From a virus, in IMG/VR virus record IMGVR_UViG_3300047095_000811, positions 1-64,000 of that record: a stretch of 64,000 nucleotides of DNA. One strand, written 5' to 3'. The notes under the pieces are model-generated. The model had not been told where the DNA came from. It made no database searches and was given only the letters and a program-made list of their open reading frames with translations. Position 1 is the first letter of the stretch. Each line of letters opens with the position of its first letter. The position numbers and the translations under genes were made by a program. Of this stretch, positions 8,133 to 17,883 are shown one piece after another.

Positions 8133-9788
8133 TCAGTCCCAGCGGTCGATGCGGTAGATCTCGGTGCCGATCTCGGTAGTGACCCGGACGGTGATGTCGG
8201 GATCCTTGCCGTTCGAGGTGATCTTCACGCCGGAAGCCAGCTGCTCTTCCGGTGCCTGCTCCAGCGGGGTGCTGCGGGAGAAGGACTCGATTGTCGCACG
8301 GATCTCGTGGAACTCCTTGCGGAGCGTCTCCGGGAACAGAGCGACGGAGCCACCGTTTTCGTCCTTAGCGCCGCGCAGTACCAGAAGGGCTCCCTCCCCC
8401 TGATGCTTGAAGTTTTCGCCACTCCACATGTTCGGTTGCGGCAGGATGGCCTCCACCGGAACATAGAAGCCGGACGGCAGGTGCCAGCGGGATGCCGGGG
8501 AGCCGCCCACGTAGAGGTACCACGACGCCGGGTTGCGGGCCTCGTCCAGATCCCACTGAAGGATCGGAGGGGCGTCCTTGTCGGAGGCGGTCACGAGAGC
8601 GCAGTAGTTGTCGTTGTGCTTCTTGGTGAGAAGCTCGATGCTCTGGGCCTTCGGCAGCACGACACGGACGAACTTGTCCCATGTGATGTCCTTCTTCGGG
8701 ACGTTCATCTGGGGCGGGACTTCCTGACGCTGGTCCTTGGTCTTCAGGTGGCCGAAGACGGAGTCTCCCGACTGCGCCTTCTGCTTGGGCTGCGGGCGCT
8801 CCCAGATCGCGTGTTGACGGACTTCGGAGAGGGCTGCGAAGCGACGGCGGAGCGACTGGCGCACACCGAGCTTCTCGACGATCTCTTCTGCCCGCTTCAC
8901 GTTACCGGAAGAGGGAAGAGCCTGCGGGCGTTGGTAGACTTCGCCGCGCATCTTGTCGTCGAAGCGGCGCTTGACCTGATCGAACGACATCCCGGCTGCG
9001 ATGTCCTCCAGCAGGGTTCCGATCACGCCGGAGCGCGGGTGGCAGAAGCCAGCCGGTGCCAGTGCGATCTTCTTCCACAGCAGGTTGGCGGTGCGCTTGC
9101 CCTTCTTCGAAGCCTTGATCTTGTGCAGATCTGCCAGGAACTGAGCGCCGCCGATGATCTTCTCGGAGCGGTACAGCTCGTTGCCTTCGAGGAGCTGGAG
9201 GGCGACCTTGACGTGCTCCGCCTTGAACTCGCTCAGGGCGACCATCAGGTTCTTGTAGTCCTCCTTCTTCTCCGCCATCACCTGATAGGGAGTCTTCAGG
9301 CGGTCGCGATTGGCCGGGAGATAAGACGGGGTGACCTTGTAGTGCGTCCAAGCCGCACCGGAGCCCATCGTGTTGCTCCAGGTCTTCTCTTGGTAGGAGA
9401 AGACGCCGGTCACCTTGGCGTCCCGCACCGCCTCGCGGACGGCGGCGATCGGAGCCTCGTAGATGCCGCTGGCGGTGGTGGGCCACACAGCAGGTTCCGT
9501 GTCGCCAGAATCGTTCACGAAAACCAGATTGCCGTAGTTGCGGAAGTACTGCTTGCAACAGTTGCAGTTGTGGATCTGACGCTGGGCGGGATCCTCGAAG
9601 GCGTTCAGGTAGATCTGGAACAGCTCGTCGCCGGAGACGTCCGTCGTGAAGGCGACCGGAGTTGCGTTCTTGGCGCGGTACTCGTCGGTGCGGTTGTTGA
9701 AGTGGTTCTGGGCTTGAGCCACCAGAGAGTCGAATGCGCGGGCGTCGTGCTCGCTGTTGGAACCGTTTGCGTGCAGGGAAGTTTGCAT
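8133..9788 (-). CDS. phage protein of unknown function with HNCNCC motif (551 aa)
   Basis: long ORF, strong codon bias, RBS, terminator hairpin downstream (~8087-8111). Confidence 0.85.
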   Translation of the reverse strand: MQTSLHANGSNSEHDARAFDSLVAQAQNHFNNRTDEYRAKNATPVAFTTDVSGDELFQIYLNAFEDPAQRQIHNCNCCKQYFRNYGNLVFVNDSGDTEPAVWPTTASGIYEAPIAAVREAVRDAKVTGVFSYQEKTWSNTMGSGAAWTHYKVTPSYLPANRDRLKTPYQVMAEKKEDYKNLMVALSEFKAEHVKVALQLLEGNELYRSEKIIGGAQFLADLHKIKASKKGKRTANLLWKKIALAPAGFCHPRSGVIGTLLEDIAAGMSFDQVKRRFDDKMRGEVYQRPQALPSSGNVKRAEEIVEKLGVRQSLRRRFAALSEVRQHAIWERPQPKQKAQSGDSVFGHLKTKDQRQEVPPQMNVPKKDITWDKFVRVVLPKAQSIELLTKKHNDNYCALVTASDKDAPPILQWDLDEARNPASWYLYVGGSPASRWHLPSGFYVPVEAILPQPNMWSGENFKHQGEGALLVLRGAKDENGGSVALFPETLRKEFHEIRATIESFSRSTPLEQAPEEQLASGVKITSNGKDPDITVRVTTEIGTEIYRIDRWD

Positions 9789-9842
9789 GGTGTTACCTTT
9801 CGGTGTTGTGGCCTCTTGGCCGGATTTGATTAGAGAACGGGA

Positions 9843-10202
9843 TCAGACGGTCCCGAAGTGCTTTTCTTCGTACGCCACGGTGCCGTGGACGTTGCTCATG
9901 ACTGCATTCTCGGTCCGCTCGAAGATCGATCGGCGAACGTCGTACGGGAAGGGAAGCTCGTAACGATTCACCCAGAGTCCGTCGATGTAGACGTAGCTGT
10001 AGATGTCGTTCTCGTACATAACCCTCCCGGTCGGGGAGACTTTGCGGCGGTGGTCGATGGCCTTGAACGGGATATCGCCGCTCTTGAAGTACTCGATCAG
10101 AGGCTCGCAGTCGCCTTGCTTGAATCGCTCGATGAGCTTGTCCTCTTCGGACCCTCCACCGAGACGAGAGAGAAACCTGTTGAAGATTCCCTTGATTGTC
10201 AT
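9843..10202 (-). CDS. hypothetical protein
   Basis: ATG 10202 overlaps the upstream TGA (ATGA). Confidence 0.65.
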   Translation of the reverse strand: MTIKGIFNRFLSRLGGGSEEDKLIERFKQGDCEPLIEYFKSGDIPFKAIDHRRKVSPTGRVMYENDIYSYVYIDGLWVNRYELPFPYDVRRSIFERTENAVMSNVHGTVAYEEKHFGTV

Positions 10203-10357
10203 TCCTTCTTTCCTTTCTTTGCTTCGAAGATAGCAAAGATTTTCATCACAGCCGCGAAGGCCACGACGATCACGACGGCTACCAGCTCCATGCCGGACGG
10301 TTCGTTCGCTACTGGCACTGCGAGAGCCTTGCCGATGGTTTCTAGTGTTGCTTCCAT
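10199..10357 (-). CDS. small single-TM membrane protein (52 aa; not in ORF track)
   Basis: hand-translated MEATLETIGK...LVAVVIVVAFAAVMKIFAIF...KKGKKE; AGGA RBS. Confidence 0.65.
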   Translation of the reverse strand: MEATLETIGKALAVPVANEPSGMELVAVVIVVAFAAVMKIFAIFEAKKGKKE

Positions 10358-10366
10358 CAATCTTTC

Positions 10367-10957
10367 CTATGCGTTGTAGAATATGTGGCGTCCGATCTGG
10401 ACTGCCACCTTCATGGACGAAGCCCACTTCGGGGCGACGTAGTCGGTGTGGTAGTACACGGACTGGGCGAGTCCGCGCACCCGATGGCCCGACAGGTAAG
10501 CCTTGACGGCTTCGACGGACTCATCCCACAGTTTCCCTTTCGGGACGGAATACTTCTTGGACTTGTAGAGAGTCCAGCTGAACTGGGCTTTCGAGTACAC
10601 GACGTCGCACACCTTCTTGCCCCATTCTCCGCTCTCCACCCGGTTCATCGTGACTTGGGCCACGGCAACCATCCCTACGAAGCCCTCTACTCCCGCCTCG
10701 TGGAAGACGTTTCTGGCGAGGCACTCGAACTCCTGCTTCGACAGCCGCAGCACCTTCTTCACTCGGTACGTGGTTGCCTCCTTCTTAGGTCGAGGAGCTT
10801 CCCGGACGACGGCTTGTTGGACGGGCCGCTGGATGACCCCGGACGATTCCCTCGGAGAAGGATCCTTTGCAGCGTTTCCCATCAGAGAGAAGAAAGTGAC
10901 GAAGAACCCTACTGCTATTGACCCCGCTACGGCCAACATGTTTTTCCCGTGTTGCAT
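10367..10957 (-). CDS. cell wall hydrolase (SleB/Hydrolase_2 family), N-terminal membrane anchor
   Basis: CLARNVFHEA, VAQVTMNRV, CDVVY..QFSW, YYHTDYVAPKW and IGRHIFY motifs. Confidence 0.9.
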   Translation of the reverse strand: MQHGKNMLAVAGSIAVGFFVTFFSLMGNAAKDPSPRESSGVIQRPVQQAVVREAPRPKKEATTYRVKKVLRLSKQEFECLARNVFHEAGVEGFVGMVAVAQVTMNRVESGEWGKKVCDVVYSKAQFSWTLYKSKKYSVPKGKLWDESVEAVKAYLSGHRVRGLAQSVYYHTDYVAPKWASSMKVAVQIGRHIFYNA

Positions 10958-10985
10958 GGTAATCCTTTCTTTATAAGTCTTTTAT

Positions 10986-11001
10986 CACGATAATGATATA
11001 T
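10986..11001 (-). promoter_or_regulatory. early-type promoter ATATAT-CAT-TATC-GTG
   Basis: recurrent motif. Confidence 0.75.
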
Positions 11002-11090
11002 CGGTAGTCTTACGACGGATGCGGTTTCCGCCTTCGGATCACAAGAAAAGAAAGGTGGGAAGGGAACCTTTCGGCTCCCTTCCCGGTGGT

Positions 11091-12224
11091 TTACCTCTTA
11101 GTCGCTTTGCGCGACTTCTTCCAGACGGCGTTGATTCCGTCCTTGCCCTCTTCGTTCTGAACTATCTCGAAGCCCTGAGCGCGAAGCCAACGCTTCATCC
11201 AGCTGATCTTGTCCACGTTCTTGCCGCGTTCTTCGCAATACTTGGCATAACGCTTGCGGAACTCTTCGAGCGAGATGAACCCGAACATGTCGCCGTCCAC
11301 GAACTCACGGCAGAAGTTCTTCATCAGAGTCTGACGAGCGCCGGGTCCGTACGAGTTGCCGTCGTCCTCTTCTTCCTCGATCACCCCGGCCTTGGCCGCA
11401 GTGCCGCGAATCAGAGATTCGAGCTCTGCTACCCGTTTCTCCAGCTTGTCGACCTTAGCCTTCGTCTCGCGGAATTCGACGTTGTGTCCGTCGAGTATCT
11501 TGATGCGGACGAGATGCTTGATCTCCAGCACCTGAAGCACGTCGGAAACCACCTCCGGATAGAGCTCTTCCATCCACTTCGGAGGACGGTTGATGTACGC
11601 GTCCGGCTCGAAGTGACGCTTCTCCCAGCTGGTGTGGAGACCAGCGTAGTGGAGAGACTTGTGGAAGTGCCCCTTGATGTCGATCTCTTCCTCGATCTTA
11701 CCTTCTTTCAGGTCGGCGAAGACCATGCGATTCAGGCGGCGAAGGAACTTCGTGTAGAGATCCTTGTGCAGCTCGAAGTGCTCTCGACTCTCGTTCCGGG
11801 TGTTCGGCTCGTCGGAGACGCGCTGCACCCCGGTCTTGCGGGTCACGTTGCTGCGAGAGTAGACCGCCGTCTTGTTGTAGCACTTCGCATGCTCGTCGCA
11901 GTACTTCGACTTCAAGGCGTCGTCGAACTGCTCCACCTGCTCCTGAGTGAGCACCAGCTTCGGGTGGGAGTCGATGAAGTCCCACAGGCGCTTGCGTCCA
12001 TAGAAGCTCCAGGACGACGGGTAGCAGTACGTCTCCCGCTCCGTGGGGAAGGGACTTTTCCCGCTGCCGTTGTCGATCCCGGCGATGATGTCGCGAGTGA
12101 CATCGGTCACCTTCCTCGGTTCCGGCCAGTGGCGGCTCTCCCGATTCACATAGTCTATGAAACGCTGGATGAACTCATCATAGCACTTCGTCGCCCTCAT
12201 TGTTTCTTCGGATACTGCAGACAT
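11091..12224 (-). CDS. hypothetical protein (coiled coil + possible C-terminal winged helix)
   Basis: 377-aa ORF with AGGAGA RBS; AACA-N6-TG at 12272-12284. Confidence 0.75.
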   Translation of the reverse strand: MSAVSEETMRATKCYDEFIQRFIDYVNRESRHWPEPRKVTDVTRDIIAGIDNGSGKSPFPTERETYCYPSSWSFYGRKRLWDFIDSHPKLVLTQEQVEQFDDALKSKYCDEHAKCYNKTAVYSRSNVTRKTGVQRVSDEPNTRNESREHFELHKDLYTKFLRRLNRMVFADLKEGKIEEEIDIKGHFHKSLHYAGLHTSWEKRHFEPDAYINRPPKWMEELYPEVVSDVLQVLEIKHLVRIKILDGHNVEFRETKAKVDKLEKRVAELESLIRGTAAKAGVIEEEEDDGNSYGPGARQTLMKNFCREFVDGDMFGFISLEEFRKRYAKYCEERGKNVDKISWMKRWLRAQGFEIVQNEEGKDGINAVWKKSRKATKR

Positions 12225-12296
12225 CTCTTCTTTCTCCTTATGAAATAGACGCAGGAGAACTCGGTCCTCCTACATCATGGTGTTGCAATTTCTCGA

Positions 12297-12938
12297 TTAC
12301 GCTACTTCCTTTTCGTCATCCCACTCCTTGTGTCCGACCTTGGGCTTCATCTGCTGCCAGTAGTGACCGCAGATCTCCCTGCCGAGCATGGTCACGCGGC
12401 TCGGCTCAGCCCAGTCGGCAGAATTCCCGAGCGCGAAGTCAAGGCTTTCTTGCGATAGCCCCAGACGGTTAGCTTCCGCTATCGCGTCCATCATGGTCGG
12501 AAAACTCCTCGTTCCCCAGATGGAGTGCGACCGGATTCCGGGGATCCCGATGCCGACGAGCTCCCAGACGCACTGCTGGACGGGGTTTCCTTCGAGGTCT
12601 TTGGTGATCGCGTGGACTGGACCGTAGCATCCATCGGAGATTTGCCTTTCGGGCATGACCTCGACCAGACCGAGGCGCTCCTTGGCTTCCTCGAACCAAT
12701 CGGAGTTTTCCAAGCAGCCCCCTCCGGTGCAGGACCACTCTCCGAACGGAGTTCCTATCGAGGAAGGACCGCCGTAGTAGTGGATCAGGACGAGACCGTC
12801 CAAGGTTGTCCCGTAGTACGGGTTCGGGCGCTCATTCAGACGCGGAATGAGGCCGGACAAGTTGCAGAGCCATTCGCGGATGGTCTTCGCCTGACGGATC
12901 ATCTCAACGTCAGCTACAATTTCATGCATGGTGCGCAT
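12297..12938 (-). CDS. hypothetical protein
   Basis: ORF with AGGAGA RBS. Confidence 0.7.
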   Translation of the reverse strand: MRTMHEIVADVEMIRQAKTIREWLCNLSGLIPRLNERPNPYYGTTLDGLVLIHYYGGPSSIGTPFGEWSCTGGGCLENSDWFEEAKERLGLVEVMPERQISDGCYGPVHAITKDLEGNPVQQCVWELVGIGIPGIRSHSIWGTRSFPTMMDAIAEANRLGLSQESLDFALGNSADWAEPSRVTMLGREICGHYWQQMKPKVGHKEWDDEKEVA

Positions 12939-12948
12939 TCTACTCTCC

Positions 12949-13164
12949 TTAGATACTCAAGTTGGTGGTTGCGATCCCGAGCCTGTTGCAGATCGACTTT
13001 GCCTCTTTGCGGGCGGCGTAGCGGGTGACGTGCTCCCCATCGACCTTTTTCGATCCGATGACGTCGTACAGGTCAGGACCGACCTGCTCGACCATGATGA
13101 TCGAAGCAGTGAAGACGCCAGCAGCCTGAGCGGTCTCGGAGGTAACGATAAAACCCATTGCCAT
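12949..13164 (-). CDS. hypothetical protein
   Basis: GAAAGGA RBS; first gene after an early promoter. Confidence 0.7.
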   Translation of the reverse strand: MAMGFIVTSETAQAAGVFTASIIMVEQVGPDLYDVIGSKKVDGEHVTRYAARKEAKSICNRLGIATTNLSI

Positions 13165-13213
13165 TTCGATTTTCCTTTCGGTTGAAAATATGATGCCTAT
13201 AATGGCATCGGTT

Positions 13214-13229
13214 CATGGAAATTATATAT
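13214..13229 (-). promoter_or_regulatory. early-type promoter ATATAT-AAT-TTCC-ATG
   Basis: recurrent motif. Confidence 0.7.
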
Positions 13230-13274
13230 ACGGAGCATCGGCACAAATTCGGTAAAAATCTTCCATCGGGAAAG

Positions 13275-13287
13275 AACATTACATTAG
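13275..13287 (+). promoter_or_regulatory. late-type promoter AACA-TTACAT-TAG
   Basis: exact motif just upstream of the PBP/porin pair. Confidence 0.75.
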
Positions 13288-13306
13288 TTCTCCGATGAGG
13301 TTTAAT

Positions 13307-13744
13307 ATGAGATACGTAGTGATAGCTCTGCTCTCGATGGCGCTGATGGCGTTTGGGGGCAATGTGAGCGCACAAACCATCAGCGTTATCGTGAACTCCA
13401 AGGTCGAAGTGAAAGAGATGACCATACAGGAGCTCCAAGAAGTGTTCACCCTGAAGAGAGGGTATTGGAGGAACGGCTCCAGAGTGAAGATCTTCATCAT
13501 GCCGAGCGACTCCATCACCGCTCGCCGCTTCATCGTCGAGGTCCTGCAGCTCTCCCCTGCAATGTACTTTGATCTGATCGAAAGCGCGTATGCGATGGGG
13601 AAGTCCAATATCCCAACTACCGTCCCTAGGGCGGAGACTGTGATTATCAAAGTGATGATCACGCCGGGGGGCATCGGCTACACTGATATCCCTGAGAGCA
13701 AGTTGAACGTTGACAACGTCACAGTCATCAAGGTGATGCCATGA
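13307..13744 (+). CDS. small periplasmic binding-protein-like protein (PBP2/phosphate-binding-like fold)
   Basis: signal peptide; ISVIVN, ELQEVF..KRGYWRNG and VMITPGGIGY motifs; GAGG RBS favours ATG 13307. Confidence 0.8.
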   Translation: MRYVVIALLSMALMAFGGNVSAQTISVIVNSKVEVKEMTIQELQEVFTLKRGYWRNGSRVKIFIMPSDSITARRFIVEVLQLSPAMYFDLIESAYAMGKSNIPTTVPRAETVIIKVMITPGGIGYTDIPESKLNVDNVTVIKVMP

Positions 13745-14976
13745 GAACGATACTTACATTCATTGCCGCCGTGCTGGCGGTGCCAGCAGCCAATGCAGAG
13801 GAGCCTCCGGCTTACGAGGTTCCCTCATTCACTTACATGGGCTACATCTCGCAGTCTTGGGTCAAGACGAGTGCGAACAACGTCGGTGGGAACTCCTCTT
13901 CAAAGTGGGGTTCCCTCGACAAACGTGAGATTGGAATGCTTGCTTCGTATTCCGTCAATGATAATCTGGATGTCAGAGGAATGGCCTCCTACGAGCGGTA
14001 CGGAGAGCAGATCGACCGCTTCAAGGTGAACTATGCTCTTGCCGATCTACACGACTCCAGCGAGACTGGGAGGGTGACCTACGGGGCCAGAGTCGGGCGC
14101 ATCAAGCTAGGAATGGGCACGATGAACGACACCAGAGAGAACCCGGTCCTCCGAGATCTAGACTTTGCACCGCAGGGACTGTACCGTGACCAGTTCCGCG
14201 ACATGGCGACGATGGGCGACGGGGCGCAACTGTACGTGTCTCATGCCTTCGACAACGGTAAGCTCTTCACCGTCGAGTACGGGCAGGTCAGGCCGATCAT
14301 CAGCAGCGACGACCAAGACGACGTTGTGAACGTCTTGTTCAACATACCGCAAAACAGCGGGAAGATCGACAACTCGGACAGCAAGATCAAGACCCTCAGC
14401 CTGCAGTACGCCGTGCCAGCCAGCGGGTGGATCTTCAGATACGACAGAGTCTCAATGGACTACTCATACGTCGCTAACCCCGCTTCGATCTATTCTCGCT
14501 TTGTTCCCTCTGGACAGATGGAGACGACCGTCAACTACTACTCCGCTCGCAAGTACTTCATGAACGGAGTGGACATAACTGGCGAAGTCATCAAAGTGGA
14601 TCGCAGAAAACCGCTGTGGGACAAGGTTCTGGAAGGACGCGGGTACGGAGACCCGTATGCCTTTAGCGTCTTGGTCAGGTATAAGCCTGACGAACGCTGG
14701 ACGCTCTACGGGAACTACAACGCTTGGTACACTGACATCAACGACAGGAGTGGAGAGAAGCATGGTTCCATACCGGGCAACGCCCCGGCTTCCCGGTACC
14801 GCTATCAAGACTTCAACGTTGGGTTCAAGTACAACTCCAGAGACCATTGGATCTACCGTATGAGCTTCCACGCAATCAGAGGCACCAACACCCTCAGCCT
14901 CGACGATAACCCGTCCATGATCTCCCAGAAGGACAGGTACAACATGGTGACCGCCTCCATCACATACGCCTTCTGA
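13741..14976 (+). CDS. outer-membrane beta-barrel (porin-like) protein
   Basis: signal peptide ending ANA, amphipathic strands, GARVGRIKL..G..N.TR motif, C-terminal ITYAF beta-signal; ATGA-coupled to the PBP gene. Confidence 0.85.
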   Translation: MRTILTFIAAVLAVPAANAEEPPAYEVPSFTYMGYISQSWVKTSANNVGGNSSSKWGSLDKREIGMLASYSVNDNLDVRGMASYERYGEQIDRFKVNYALADLHDSSETGRVTYGARVGRIKLGMGTMNDTRENPVLRDLDFAPQGLYRDQFRDMATMGDGAQLYVSHAFDNGKLFTVEYGQVRPIISSDDQDDVVNVLFNIPQNSGKIDNSDSKIKTLSLQYAVPASGWIFRYDRVSMDYSYVANPASIYSRFVPSGQMETTVNYYSARKYFMNGVDITGEVIKVDRRKPLWDKVLEGRGYGDPYAFSVLVRYKPDERWTLYGNYNAWYTDINDRSGEKHGSIPGNAPASRYRYQDFNVGFKYNSRDHWIYRMSFHAIRGTNTLSLDDNPSMISQKDRYNMVTASITYAF

Positions 14977-14984
14977 AAAAAAGA

Positions 14985-15014
14985 AACCCCTATGCCCGCA
15001 AAGGCATAGGGGTT
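14985..15014. terminator. bidirectional terminator between convergent genes
   Basis: AACCCCTATGCC/GGCATAGGGGTT stem flanked by A- and T-rich runs. Confidence 0.8.
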
Positions 15015-15026
15015 CTTTACTTGCGC

Positions 15027-16700
15027 TTACAGCAGCTGCGCGGCGTCCTTCTTCAGGTTTTCACGGACCTGCCAGAGAGTCAGAAGGTTGTGGGGCTTGC
15101 CGTCCTCGAAAACGAGGCGCAGCTCGCCGCGATCCTCTTGCTCCCAAGACTGACGGTCGTGCAGGGTGTAGCCGAAGCCGTCCTTCTCGACACGCAGCAG
15201 ACCACGAGCGGACTTCTTGGTGCCAGAGTCGGTCTTGGGATCCTTGAAGATCTCACGGCCTTCCCCATTCACTTCCCCGTAGGTGGCCTTCATTGCGAAG
15301 CCGAGGGTGTCACGAGTGGCGTACTGGTAGGTGAAGGAGCCCACACCCAGCACCGTGTTGCACGATGCGAAGCCCTTCTCGTACAGACGCGTCATGATCT
15401 GATTGGCACGCTCCGGGGTGATGGAGTCGCCGTAGATCAGGCCCACTCGCTGGTTGAGAACCTTGAAGCCCTTTTCGGTCGTGGTACCGCCGAAGATGTC
15501 CCAGAGGCACTGTACTGCGCCGCGCTCGTCCGGGGTGGCTTCAACGTCGGTAACGTAGGAGAACTCCGGAGTGTCCACGCCACGGTCGATGATGCGGACG
15601 TAACCGCCGTTGTGGAAGACGGTGACTGCCTTGCCTTCCCACTTGGAGGTTTCCGGGCCGAACTGCTGCTCGAACACGCGGCATACTTCGGTGTGGTTCA
15701 GCGCCGCGATCGCACGGGCGGTGCCGCACAGGATCTCCACCGGGTCTCCGGAGTCCGGACGGAAGACGACCTTGGCGAAGCCCATCGAGTCCGGCTGGCG
15801 CGACAGGATCTTGTCCTTCAGGGCACTGGCGTAAGTCGTCACGACCTGCCAGAAGTCCCAGGTGTCACTGACGATGGACACGATCCCGGAAGGATACACG
15901 TCCTCGATCAAACGACGGAAGGTCTCGATCTCGTCTTCCTTGCCACCCATGCACATGACGCTGTGCTCGGTGGCCGGGACAGAACCACCAACGAAGGTAG
16001 TGCCACCAGCGTAGTAGCTCTCCAGCCAGTCAACAGCAGGGAGGCTGTCGGTGCCGAGGAACGAGACGAGGTGGCCTGCGCCGCTCTTCGCTGCATCATG
16101 GACGCCGGACATACCGCGCATCGAGAAGTCGTGAGCCTGCCAGTCAACGAACTCCATCGGAGCTCCGGTGCGATCTGCCCACAGTTCGAGGATCTGGCGG
16201 TACGCGAACGCGGTGGTCGCACTAGTCACGCCTTTCCACATCTCGGCGGAGATCCAGGTCTCCAAGAAGTTGGTGATCCAGTAGAACTCCGGTAGCGTGT
16301 TGACCACGGTCATGACCGGAATCTTCACGTTCACCAGCGAACCTTCAGGAAGAGCCTTCACCCGGATCGGCAGGTACCCGAGGTCGTGCAGCGCCTCGAC
16401 CTTGCTCATGTCGAAGCCAGACGGACCGACGAACGGGGCGATGCGATGGGCGAACTTCGCCAGAACCTTTTCCTTCGGCTGCTGGAAGAAGTTGGCGTCC
16501 CACAGGTCCTTCATTTCCTGCAGCAGGCCCTGCAGACCGAACCAGACGATGCGATCGTTCTGGAAGGCATCCGGGACTTTGGAGTGGATCACACTGCGCG
16601 GCGTGAAGTTGGAGTACACCAGAGTCGTACCAGCCGGGTACTGAGCCATGTGGCCAAGTTTGTAGGAGTCGCAGTTGTGCAGGGGATTCTGTTGAAACAT
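15027..16700 (-). CDS. nadV: nicotinamide phosphoribosyltransferase-family protein (Nampt/Namat-like)
   Basis: DSYKLGH, HDFSMRG, ATEHSVM, SIVSDTWD, RPDSGDP, GDSI and KKSARG motifs. Confidence 0.92.
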   Translation of the reverse strand: MFQQNPLHNCDSYKLGHMAQYPAGTTLVYSNFTPRSVIHSKVPDAFQNDRIVWFGLQGLLQEMKDLWDANFFQQPKEKVLAKFAHRIAPFVGPSGFDMSKVEALHDLGYLPIRVKALPEGSLVNVKIPVMTVVNTLPEFYWITNFLETWISAEMWKGVTSATTAFAYRQILELWADRTGAPMEFVDWQAHDFSMRGMSGVHDAAKSGAGHLVSFLGTDSLPAVDWLESYYAGGTTFVGGSVPATEHSVMCMGGKEDEIETFRRLIEDVYPSGIVSIVSDTWDFWQVVTTYASALKDKILSRQPDSMGFAKVVFRPDSGDPVEILCGTARAIAALNHTEVCRVFEQQFGPETSKWEGKAVTVFHNGGYVRIIDRGVDTPEFSYVTDVEATPDERGAVQCLWDIFGGTTTEKGFKVLNQRVGLIYGDSITPERANQIMTRLYEKGFASCNTVLGVGSFTYQYATRDTLGFAMKATYGEVNGEGREIFKDPKTDSGTKKSARGLLRVEKDGFGYTLHDRQSWEQEDRGELRLVFEDGKPHNLLTLWQVRENLKKDAAQLL

Positions 16701-16746
16701 GGTTTGTTACCTTTCTAAGTTGCTAACCGCCAATGGATTTTTGTTA

Positions 16747-16902
16747 TTACGCCAGCGCGGCGTATACGAGACCTGCAATGACCAAGTGGACGATGATCAC
16801 GGCGTACACCTTCATCGAACCACCGAATGCGTTCACGATCGGCTTCGTCAGGAAGACGAAGGAGAGAATGAACACCAACACCGAAATTGCGATTGCTTTC
16901 AT
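16747..16902 (-). CDS. small two-TM membrane protein (51 aa; not in ORF track)
   Basis: hand-translated MKAIAISVLVFILSFVFL...VIIVHLVIAGLVYAALA; AGGA RBS; lies between prs-like and nadV-like genes. Confidence 0.65.
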   Translation of the reverse strand: MKAIAISVLVFILSFVFLTKPIVNAFGGSMKVYAVIIVHLVIAGLVYAALA

Positions 16903-16911
16903 CTTGCTTCC

Positions 16912-17805
16912 TTACTTGAGGATGACCCGGTTGTTCAGGTCCTGGAACTGTTGCTTCAGGCTGTCGTTCATCACGTTGGGGCACATGATGCCGTCGTAGA
17001 AGCCTTCGAACACGTTGATGCCCTTGCTGAAGATGCCGTGGGTCACGTACAGCAGGAGCTTGTTGTCCCAATCCGCCTTGATGACGGTCGCGAGATCGAT
17101 GAACGTGCGGCCTCCGTCGCAGATGTCATCGATGACGAGCAGGATCGAATCCTTCTGGATCACAGAAGGATTCACCAGACGAGTACCGTTGATCTGACCC
17201 GTCACGGTGTCCCGGCTCTTCTCTGCATAGAGGATCGGCAGCCCCCCGAGAGCCTTAGAGCACTTCGAGATCTTCTTCGTGGCTCCGGCGTCCGGCGGCA
17301 CCAGAACGACTCGCTTCATGTCGTCTTCGAGAATCATCCCGCTAACGATGTCCGCAAGGATCTCGTGTTGCTCCGCCACCTGAAGTACACCGGCAGGGAA
17401 CAGTGCGCGGCTTACGTCCGAGTGGGGGTCCATGACGGTCACTCGGTTGAAATTGCACAGACCGATGATCTGGGACAGGACCTGCAGAGAGTGCGCCTCG
17501 CCGGGGTTGGCGACGCGGTCTTGACGAGCGTAGGGCAGGTACGGGATGGAGCACAGGTATTCCATGCCGTCGTTCCCGTACACGTTGCGCAGGGCGTTCA
17601 CGACCAGCAGCATGTCGATGAGGTCGTTCGAGCCACGGAAGTCCACGGTGATGCGGACGGAGTCACGTCCTGCTACGACGATGGCGAAGTCCTCTTCGAT
17701 CACGCCTTCGGCATTTGCCAGCTGGACATGGCGCTCACCTCCGGGGAAGGTGATGATCTTCGGCTCGACGCCGGGGAAAGAGTCGCGGGTTTGAATCCGA
17801 ATCAT
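16912..17805 (-). CDS. prs: ribose-phosphate pyrophosphokinase-like protein (Prs/Adps-like)
   Basis: FPGGE, PYLPYARQDR, DPHS, PDAGA, IDDICDGGRTF and THGIFS motifs. Confidence 0.92.
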   Translation of the reverse strand: MIRIQTRDSFPGVEPKIITFPGGERHVQLANAEGVIEEDFAIVVAGRDSVRITVDFRGSNDLIDMLLVVNALRNVYGNDGMEYLCSIPYLPYARQDRVANPGEAHSLQVLSQIIGLCNFNRVTVMDPHSDVSRALFPAGVLQVAEQHEILADIVSGMILEDDMKRVVLVPPDAGATKKISKCSKALGGLPILYAEKSRDTVTGQINGTRLVNPSVIQKDSILLVIDDICDGGRTFIDLATVIKADWDNKLLLYVTHGIFSKGINVFEGFYDGIMCPNVMNDSLKQQFQDLNNRVILK

Positions 17806-17844
17806 GTTGCATCTTCCTTTCAGTTGCAGTTGATAGACAAGGTA

Positions 17845-17860
17845 CACCAAAATTATATAT
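17845..17860 (-). promoter_or_regulatory. early-type promoter ATATAT-AAT-TTTG-GTG
   Basis: recurrent motif upstream of the prs-nadV operon. Confidence 0.75.
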
Positions 17861-17883
17861 AACTGAGGTGTACCTCGTTGCGA

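Noticed and set aside
13192-13209. Sigma70 -10 box TATAAT
   Set aside because: It lies in the loop of a GATGCC/GGCATC hairpin with no convincing -35; the phage motifs nearby explain both flanking genes.
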